46,623 bases of DNA from Folioceros fuciformis (taxonomy: Eukaryota): assembly GCA_049999805.1 (NCBI GenBank), contig JBNGIO010006104.1, positions 62,771-109,393 on the forward strand, read 5' to 3'. Numbering within the stretch: the first letter of the stretch is position 1; every line of letters starts with the position of its first letter. Below are positions 13,071 through 22,699 of this stretch, piece after piece. The translations under genes and the position numbers were made by a program. A model generated the notes under the pieces. That model worked only from the letters and a program-made list of their open reading frames with translations, was not told the DNA's origin and did no database searches.

Positions 13071-14650
13071 ATGGTGATCGAGATCTTGTGCGGTAATAGG
13101 CAATACCTGATAGGGAACCGTATGGGTTCTGGATCATTCACATTAGTACATGAAGGTAATGAATATCATCCCCTTGTTTATGTGGGAAGAAAGGTTGAGA
13201 TGTGTGTCTAAAGCTTTGTACATGTTTATGAAGTCACAAGTGAGAACCTCAATAAACCAAAACCGATTGCATTTGCTATCATGATTAGTTGACTCAACTA
13301 ATCCTGTTCATTTTGCATGAACATTCACTCGAAGTTGATGCTAACACTGTTCTCCATTGCTTATGTCCTTCACCATTTCTTGCAGGTTACGACATAAAAG
13401 ATGGGAATGAGGTGGTAATCAAAATACAACATCATTCAAATGAGTACAGCCCATTCGATAGGGAACGAGAGACATATGAAATCTTACAAGACGGTATTGG
13501 TATTCCGAAGCTCCTTGGGTGGCAATCTAATGTTCAGTGCGACGACTGGGGCATGTTTGATGTGCTCATACTTGAGTACCTAAAGCGGTGGAGACCAATT
13601 GGGCTCTCTCTCAAAACAATTTGTCTGGTAGCCTTGCAAATGGTATGATCATTGTATCTTCATTCTCAGTATCATCCTTAGGATTTCACCTTAAATGTAA
13701 CCTAGCAACAAGTATTTTGCTTGTTACAGATCGACATTGTGCAGCACATGCACTCCAAAAATGTGAGTCACCGTAGTCTGAGAGTTCAAAACTTTCTAAT
13801 GAATCCTGACTTCAACCAGGTTGGTGCAGCTCCTTTCTGCAATCTTGGTTTCAATTCATAGCAACATATTTTCACAATGTTTCTCTATGTTTCATTCCAG
13901 CTATACTTAGTAGATTTTAACTATTCAACGATCAAAGATGTTCAAGGAAGGTATGTTAAACCAATTGAAGTATGAGGAACTTGACTTGAATGCGTCCTTC
14001 TCAAATTTATGATGAACTAAGTTTATGGCAGGTATACTGATCTCGAAGATTTAAGCTTAGTGCTACAAAGCTTATGTAAACCTTTAAACAACCCACCACT
14101 AAGCTCAAGCGAAAGTTCAGACAAGTCAACACAAAGCCCAAGTGAAACTTTAGAACATGAGGATGAGACTCCAAATGACCAAGAGGTTCGTAGTATGTGT
14201 TTTAGAGTTGTACTAGACTAAACTAACTGTCTTTTAAGCACTTGCTTAATATCTTTCTTGCTAGCCACAATCATATTGGAACAAACCTTCTTTCACATGC
14301 TTCTCATTTCCTTTGTATGATGTGTGTGGTTTCAGATCTTACGAAATATGGCCAAAGAATTGCGTGAACTTACTCCTTCTCTGAAGTTGGCTAAGATTTA
14401 CAGCTTGTTTAGAGAGATATTTGCACACGTTGTGGAAACGAAAGGTAATTTATTTTAAGCATTAACCCTTGGATTTGTGATGAACTAGTTGTTTTGTTTT
14501 GACATTTTAGTTAGTCTACTACTAATGCAAATGAATAGCTCAATTGATGAAGTTTGCTTAATGTTGATCATTTTATGCTTAATGCAAGTAGGTTATAATA
14601 ACGTTCTCAACTTGAAAAGTCATGAAGATTATGAAGATTATGAAGATTAA
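13071..14650 (+). CDS. Truncated CK1-like pseudokinase K2, ~267 aa (exons 13071-13155, 13386-13642, 13730-13819, 13901-13950, 14032-14185, 14336-14444, 14592-14650)
   Basis: MGSGSFTLVHEG, VVIK, LQDGIGIPK, LSLKTICLVALQM, HRSLRVQN (no catalytic Asp), LYLVDFN and RYTDLEDLSLVL. The frame is open through 7 GT-AG exons. Confidence 0.85.
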
Positions 14651-14799
14651 CTTAAAATATTGCAAGTTATGAGTGATTTACTGAAAAGAGAAACAGAAGT
14701 TTGTATATGAATATGAAAAATGTATTAAATGTTTATTTTGTAATTTAATCATAATTGAACCTTGACGCTCCACAGCTCGGCAGTAGTATGATTAGCACA

Positions 14800-15325
14800 A
14801 GCACCTCAGTCTCACAATCGGCGCACCAACAGTGGATGGGCCAGAACATTCGTGCTCATTCCATTCGTGCTCGAATCTGGCTAGCTTACCGGGTCGAATT
14901 CGAGGCAGGGGATCCAGCTCCTGACCAACATGGAAGCTATCGCTCTCGCAATCTCGTCGGGGGTGAGCCGAGGAAGGTAAGAGAGAGTCTGGAACTTGGG
15001 GTTGCCGATGGGATTCCACGGCAGGTCATGCATGGAAACCAGCCATCCCTGAGTTCAGCACGTCGAACCGCACTCGATCTTGCGCATTGGATTTCCAAGA
15101 CGCCGATCCACGGCAGGGACTGTACCTGCATGCAGCTCACACGGCTGCCGCTGCTCACGGTCCTGGAGCCAACGAGACTGGCTGTGCTGACGGAGGAAGC
15201 AGCCCCGAACTTGAGGCCCATGAGGGCCGGCACGATGGCGGCCTCTGAGACGGTGCAGAGGGGGAAGCGGCAACGAATGCGGGCGCTGCCGCAACGGAGG
15301 ACGTGATGGCGACTACGGGAGCCCT
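14800..15325 (-). pseudogene. rbcS: rbcS copy 3 pseudogene
   Basis: The start ATG has become AGG (15325-15323) and exon 1 has indels. The intron-1 acceptor is deleted. Exon 2 has drifted ([43 protein letters not shown]). Exon 3 is absent and the proximal promoter is deleted. Confidence 0.92.
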
Positions 15326-16229
15326 GGCGCAGTAAGCAGATGAAGAGATCGAGAGGAAAGATTACTGAAAGTATCGTCAATGATGCCTGTGCCGTGCTGG
15401 AGGCTGAGGATGTGTTACGCTCGATTAGTATGCATGCGAGAGGAAGATGGGAGAGGCCACCGATGTTTCCAAGGATTGGGCTACTTTGGAGGAAATAAGC
15501 TTCGTAGTAGAGGGCCCTTACAAGGCAGCAAGCCAGGATCACCATGGAAACAAATGGCTCCAACTTGGTCCCGTGAAGATGCAGGGAGGGCTGGATCGCA
15601 GAACGCCACACCAAGTCGTTGCACGGCGATGCCAATGCATGGCCAGACTATGTGAGTCCTGAATCCCTGTTGGCTGTTGTTGCTGAATCGGGAGGAACAG
15701 CTGATGCTTGCGAAGAAATGCAGCTTCTGAGGAATTTCACGTTCAGAGCTCCACCGCTCAACCGGGAACTTCAGAGCTACACCATTTAGGGCTGTGGAAG
15801 GTACCTCATCATGTATCATTTGAAATAGTTTAAAATATTACGATAATAATGGTTCGATAGAAAAGACATCTTTTGAAATATTCTAACGGTACACTTGTAT
15901 AGGAATATGAAACATATCACTAGGTCAAGAGGGAATGCCAATTGTTGTTAGCCGATGTTAGGAGGGAATGCCAATTGTTAGTTGATGTTTATAAATCTCA
16001 ATGAAGAATGGTTGGAAGTTGTTGGGGACTCCCATAATGTATGCTTAGTGTGGCTGGAAAGACTCTCTTCCGACCCATATGCTGCAGCGTCTACTTTTCA
16101 ATCTCTAGGCGAACAATATCATTGAATGTGAACAATGTGTGTATCTACTCCTATGCAGATTTAGTTTTACCTCTGTGAGTAATTGAGAGTATTGGGTTCC
16201 TTCCTTAGCTCAACCAAAACAATTAAGCT

Positions 16230-18496
16230 ATGGCTGTAGAGATATGGTGTGATAAGAAGGCATATTTGATGGGGAACCCCTTTGGTTCTGGAATATGGGC
16301 AACATTCCATGAAGGTAAGTTACATGCTCAGTTTCTACATCAAGCAATGCATAAAAAGTTGAGTCATCCATTCTACTTGTAATATGCACATGGTTTATTC
16401 CTTCGTTACTATGTATTACACATTGCTAAACAACAACCCTAAACTCTACGCTATGGAATCCATACTTCTGCACAGTTTACGAATATAGCTCCTTTGTTTA
16501 TGTGGAAAGAAAGTATGGGATATGAGTCTACAAGCTATTGATTAGTTAGTTCAGTGAGCTACAAGCTATTGACTAGTTGAACGAGCGAGTTGAGCTGCAA
16601 GTTGTTCATTAGTTGCATGAGCTGCAAGTTGTTCATTAGTTGCATGAGTTGCAAGTTGTTCATTAGTTGCATGAGCTGCAAGCTNNNNNNNNNNTTGATT
16701 AGTTGCATGAGCTACAAGCTGTTGATTAGTTGCATGAGCTACAAGCTGTTGATTAGATGCATGAGCTACAAGATGTTGATTAGGCGAATGAGTTGAACTG
16801 CAAGTTGTTGATTAGGAGAATGAATTGAACTGCAGGCTGTTGATTAGGCAAATGAGTTAAGTTGCAAGCTACAAGCTATTGATTAGTTGAGTGAGTGAGT
16901 TGCAAGCTGTTGATTAGTTGGGTGGTTAAGTTGCAAGCTATTGATTAGGTGAATGAGTTCAACTACAAGTTGATGAGTTGCATGAGCTGCAAGCTGTTGA
17001 TTAGTTGCATGAGCTACAAGCTGTGGATGAGTTGCATGAGCTGCAAGCTATTGATTAATTGAATGAGCTGAAACTTTCCTGCAGGTTTTGACTTAGAAGA
17101 AGCTGACACGGTGACAATCAAATTACATTCTACCTTAACCAATTATAACTTATTTGATATAGAAGTAGAGGCCTACCAAACCCTACAACAAGGTATCGGT
17201 ATTCCAAAGCTCCATGGGTTTGACTCTAATGTTGATTGTGGAGAGCATGGCACATTTGATATGCTCATAATTGACGACCTAAAGCGTTGGAAAGCATATA
17301 ATCTCTCTCTCAAAACAATTTGTCTGATAGCCTTGCAAATGGTATGATCATTATACCTTCATTATGAACATCATTCTAAGCATTGCACATAAAATATAAC
17401 CTTACAACAAGTGTGTCTCTTATTGCAGATTGACATTGTGCAATACATGCACTCCAAAAATGTGTATCACGGATTTTTGGTTCTTCAAAATTTTCTGGTG
17501 GATCCCAGCTTTAGCCAGGTTGGTGTAGCTCTTTTTCCTGCTTTTTCTTTTTTTTAAATATATATATATATAACAACATGAAATCTTTACGACGTTTCTA
17601 ATAATGTTTTTGTTTCAGTTGTATATAATACAATTTATTTTTTCAACAATGGAAGACACTGAAGCAAGGTATGTTAAACCAAGTGAAGGTAAGGCCTTGA
17701 CTTAAATATGTCCTCATAACATGATTTTATGGCAGGTATATTGATCTCGAAGATTTAAACTTAGCACTACAAAGGTTGTGTTTATCCTCAAAGCATGAAC
17801 AAAGCCCAAGCGGAACTTCAGAACATGAAGATGAGAAACAAGATGAACAACATGCTTCAGTAGATGAAGATGAGAAACAAGATGAACAGCAAGCGTCAGA
17901 AGATGAAGATGAGAAACAACATGAACAGCAAGCTTCACAAGACGAAGATGAGAAACAACATGAACAGCAAGCTTCACAAGACGAAGATGAGAAACAACAT
18001 GAACAACAAGCTTTGGAGCATGAAGATGAGAAACAACATGAGCAGCAGGTTTGTAGTATGGATTTTAGTGTAAGCTAATTCTCTTTCAAGCACTTTGGCA
18101 TCCTTCTTATTACCCACAATCAAATCTTCCTTCCCTTTCACCTACTTCTCACTTCCTTCCTATGATATCTTTTTGGTTTTCAGATCTTACTAGATATTGA
18201 TAACAAATTGCGTGAACTTTATACTCGTGTGGAGTCAGAAGATATTTATACGATGTTGAGGCAGACTTTTTCAGATGTTATAGAGAGCCAAGGTAATTTA
18301 TTCTAAGCAATTTTTCTTCTTGGGTATTTGATGAATTAGTTGTTTTAATTTGGCATTGTAGTTAACTTGGTAGTGTTGTAAATGAATTGTTAAATTGATA
18401 AAATTTATTTAACATTAACTATTTCATTATTACTCAATCCATGTAGGTTATGATAATGTCCTAGACTTGAAAGATCATGAAGATCGTGATAATTAA
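16230..18496 (+). CDS. Truncated CK1-like pseudokinase K3 with acidic repeat, ~317 aa (exons 16230-16314, 17085-17341, 17429-17518, 17619-17668, 17736-18048, 18184-18292, 18447-18496)
   Basis: FGSGIWATFHEG, VTIK, LQQGIGIPK, LSLKTICLIALQM, HGFLVLQN, LYIIQFI (in place of DFG) and RYIDLEDLNL. The frame is open. An N gap lies inside intron 1. Confidence 0.83.
16523..17069. repeat. 27-bp minisatellite (with longer variants) in K3 intron 1, spanning an assembly gap
   Basis: Consensus tgagctacaagctgttgattagttgca is repeated. An N run starts at 16685. Confidence 0.95.
17818..18048 (+). repeat. Coding 39-bp repeat, about 6 copies (13-aa SQDEDEKQHEQQA)
   Basis: In-frame repeats inside K3 exon 5. Confidence 0.95.
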
Positions 18497-18723
18497 CTTC
18501 AAATATTGCAACTCAAAAAAATGAAAAACATATGGATACATACAAGTTATTTAAAATGCTCTTATTAATTTAAATATTTTATTATACATAAAATATTAAA
18601 TTCTATGTATTAAGGAATAGAGTGTGATGTACTCTTATATTATTGCCTAACATTTTACATGAGTCGAAGCCCAATACTTTATATAGGTTGGTCGAGCAAG
18701 CTCAATTAGCACCTTAATCCTTC

Positions 18724-18840
18724 AGTGGGTTTAGGGTTTAGGGTTTAGCCTACTTTAGTCTACATGTTTGGCCTTCTTAAGTAGTGGGTTTAGGGTTTAG
18801 GGTTTAGCCTACTTTAGTCTACATGTTCGGCCTTGTGAAG
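18724..18840. repeat. 59-bp duplication, each copy carrying three plant telomere repeats (GGGTTTA)
   Basis: agtgggtttagggtttagggtttagcctactttagtctacatgtt occurs at 18724 and 18783. Confidence 0.92.
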
Positions 18841-19374
18841 TAAGGTATGCTAGTGCACATTGGGTTCATGAGACTTTGATATTCAGACACAGAAGAAACC
18901 CATTTATGGAAAAAACTCAAGGAAAAACCATCTCACAAAGAGACTTAGGTGGCTTCTGCCTAAACTTTCTTTTAGGAAAACCCATTGACCATGGCATCCA
19001 TGTTGCATATGGTGTGCAACAAAGGGCAAAGAAGACTCCTTAATTTCTCTTTTTACAGCAGCCACATCGAGTTCGTTGATACACCAGACGAACCAACTCT
19101 CAGCAACTACACCAAATGAACTTGTCCATCCAAAAACACATAATCCTATCATAGACATCTAGTTGCACCTCCTTCCTCACACACCCACCATAGTTTCGCA
19201 ATATGTATGCTTAAAGTGTCTTTCTTTAGTCATTTACGATTAAGGATTGTGAAAGGGAATTAGAAGTATATGCTCATATGCTCAAGTGTAGGTAGACCCA
19301 ATGGAGCTCAGCTCTTGCTTTTGAAGGTCTCATGTTGAGGGAAGCCAAGGAGCAAGCCTTAATGCGCTCAATGT

Positions 19375-19940
19375 GACCAAGAAAGCAAATCAACTTACCT
19401 TGATGAAGTTGCCATGAGGGTTGAATCATAGAAACCACATCAAAATTGGTGTGCAGTGATGCCAATGTGTGGCCAAACTATGGTAGTCCTGAATCCCAAG
19501 TGGTTGCTATCCCTAAATAGGGTGAGAGAAACAAGTTGATCAACTTGCTCCTCTCGGCTAGTTTGCTTACATCATGCATGATGTAGTATGCAAACAAATA
19601 TAGCTCTTGTGCAATTTTTGGATAGGTTCATACACGCACTCACTTCACCATTTAGGGTAGTGGAAAGTAGCTCATTATACATATCATTTGAAAATAGTTT
19701 AATATCTTATAATTATTATAATTTACTCAATGAGAAATATTTAAGAATAATATAGCGATACACTTGGATAAGAATATGAATAGGTAATGAGAGAATTGTA
19801 ATCACCAATCAACGTTCTTGAATTTAAATTGAAAAGAGATGGGAACATATCTTATAGGGGACTCCCATAGTGTATGCCTAGTGTGACACGAAAGAGATAC
19901 TTCTGATCACTTGCCGCAACATCTTCCTTTCAATCTCCAG
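19375..19940. other. Fourth, decayed copy of the rbcS-kinase intergenic spacer, with no rbcS attached
   Basis: Aligns by eye to 12352-12951 and 15541-16108 (gtcctgaatccc, caaacaaat, cttcaccatttagg, ggggactcccata). Confidence 0.8.
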
Positions 19941-20460
19941 GTCAATCTCTCTTGGACTTTAGAAATCGTTAGGGCTGCATTCATAGTAGTTGAGCTTGTG
20001 AACTGAATTCAAGCAGCCGTAGGCATTTCTCCATTCCTTTGCCTTAGAGAAATCCATGTAGTATGGCAGGGTTATTAGTATGCAAGGCTTAGCTAAGCCC
20101 TAAAAGGCAGAGCCAAGTTCTGAAAGCTTTTCATAACCTGGCCATCTCGTTTTGATATCAGTAGGGATTAAGATTGCATACAGATGAATCTATTGTTCAC
20201 TTCCATTCTAACCATTTTGTTCTCCTCCATTTTGTTCTCATCTCAAGGTTTCACTCCTACACCAGCATTTCAAGAATATCTCCAAGTAAGCACATGTTAC
20301 CTCTGTTTTGAGTGTCAAGCTGCTCTAATCCCATTGCCTAAGTTTATGCATAGGGTTTAGGAGGTGCTCCAATATCCGCATCCATTCAAATTTCATCCAT
20401 ATCCATTACAGAGAAGACAAGATTGGGTTCCTTTCTCAGCTCAACTAAACCAATTTAGCT

Positions 20461-22053
20461 ATGGCTATTGAGATCTCCTGCAATGGGAAGCAATACTTGA
20501 TAAGGAGCCCTATTGGTGCTGGATCTATAGCAGATGTATATGAAGGTAAGTGACATGCTGAATTTCTACACCAAGCTATGCATATAGACAAGTTCAGCTC
20601 AGTAGCTCATTCCTTATGTATTACACTTCGCTGAAGAACAACAAATACATTGAACAATGGAAACAATACTTGTGCAAGTCCCTCTGTTTGTGTGTCTACA
20701 AAGTAGATTGATGCACCTCTATGTACAGGTCTTAAGTAATGCTCATAGTCTTCTTGAATGAACACTCATTGTAATCTGATGCTAATGTGATTATCCATTA
20801 CTAACTTCTTTTACTATTTTTCCGCAGGTCTAGACGTAGAAACTGGCAATCAGGTGGCAATCAAAGCGCATCCTCGACGAAGGGGGGATAGAGATCTGTT
20901 TCACACCGAACAATTAGCATATCAAATCCTAAAAGATGGTACTGGTATTCCAAAGCTTTATGGGTTTCAAACTAGCTTTATGTTTGCAGACTTAGGCAAA
21001 CATGACATCCTTGTAATCGAATACTTAAAGCAATGGAGATCATCAGCGCTCTCTCTCAAAACAATATGTCTATTAGCATTACAAATGGTATGATTATCAT
21101 ATCATTATGGCTAATATTATTCTCCGTTTTCCATATCAAATGTAACATGACACAAGTATGTCTCATCTCGCAGATCGACATCGTGCAATACATGCACTCC
21201 AAAAAAGTGACTCACTGTGATCTGAAACTTGACCATTTTCTCATGGATATCAACTTCAGCCAGGTTGGTGTGAAGTCTTCCTGAAATCCTCATCTCCTAC
21301 CATAACAACATATTTTCTCTCTTTTTATGTCTTTTTTGTTTTATTTTTTCAGCTACGTGTAATAGATTTCAATTGTTCAAGAATCGACAATCTCTCACAA
21401 AAGTATGTTAAACCTCTTGATGTATATCCGACTTTTGTCTTTCCCAAATCCCTCATAAACTAATACTTGTAGCTAGCAGGTGGATTGATTTTCGTTATTT
21501 GAACTTATCCCTACAAAAATTATGTGAACACTTCGAACATCCACCAGAAAGCTTATTTGTACCTTCAAGACATGAAGAGAATAAACAGCATGACCTGAAG
21601 GTTTGCAGTCTGTGTTTTAGTGTCCTGCTTACTAATGTTCATTTAAGCAATTTCATAATCTGAGTAATCTTCCTTCAAATTCATCTGATTCATTTGATTC
21701 CCTATCTATGATCTCTGTGGTGTTCAGATCTTACAAAATGTTGTTCTTGATTTGCGAGAATATAGTTTAGAAGAGTCAGATGAACTTTACTCGATATTGA
21801 GAGAGATTTTTTTGAAAGTTATCAAGAGTGAAGGTACTTTGTTTCAAGCATGATTCTTGGGTGTGTGATGCACTAAGTTTTGATGTGTGTTTGCATTAGC
21901 TTAGTAGTTAACATAGTGCCTTAGTTTGTGTTACACATGAGTAGTTGAATTGATGAAATTCACTCAATGTTGTATCTGTTGTTGATCATCTTCTACTTGA
22001 TACATGTAGGTTATGACACCATCCTTGACTTGAAAGATGATGAAACAAATTGA
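20461..22053 (+). CDS. Truncated CK1-like protein K4, ~251 aa (exons 20461-20545, 20828-21087, 21174-21263, 21353-21402, 21480-21600, 21728-21833, 22010-22053)
   Basis: IGAGSIADVYEG, VAIK, LKDGTGIPK, LSLKTICLLALQM, HCDLKLDH, LRVIDFN and SE|GYDTILDLKD. The frame is open and the introns are canonical. Confidence 0.85.
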
Positions 22054-22699
22054 TGGGAAAGAGATTATGGAGGCAAGGCCCCCATCCATTACTTCAATCT
22101 TGATCATATAGTCAAAAGAGGAAGAAGCTTGAAAAAAATTAGGGATGTCTTGAAACCCAGAATGTCTTTTGCATGCTCAATGCTACTTAGCTTAGCTTAG
22201 CTCAGAAAAAGTGGTTATCTGTCACCAAGCTCGATTTGCTGTCAATGGAAAGCAGCCAGCCACATAATTCACTCCATGCTGCTCATGCCAACTCTTACTC
22301 ACACAGCTGGTTTCAAGCAGTCAAGTAAAAGTAATTGTAATTGTGGTAAAAGAAAAGGCTGAATAGGCAGGTATTATGGTCGGAAATTGGCTTAGACCCG
22401 ATGGGGTTACAACAGGTTAGTCGGGCACCGAATGCCACCGACAGCCGAGGGCGTACAGGATACAAAGAGACGGACGGCGTACAGTATGTACCGTAGTACG
22501 TATCGCACAGACCACAGTCGTCAAACGATTCCGATGCCGCATCTTCCTCGACAGTGCACGCAAGAGAGGCAATGCCGGGACGAGTTGGACTGTCTCTGCT
22601 TAGCCTTCCTCCCCCTTGTCGACCCCCCTCCTCCATGCGTCCTCCCTGGCCTGGCCTGCACTGCCCGCCCGCCCGCGGCCTGCGCCTTCTCGCTCTCTT

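Noticed and set aside
16590-16796. MSCKLFISC repeat ORF
   Set aside because: It is a translation of the intronic 27-bp minisatellite and crosses an N gap.
18724-18840. Chromosome end or fusion site
   Set aside because: There are only three repeats per block in one orientation, inside a gene-rich region.
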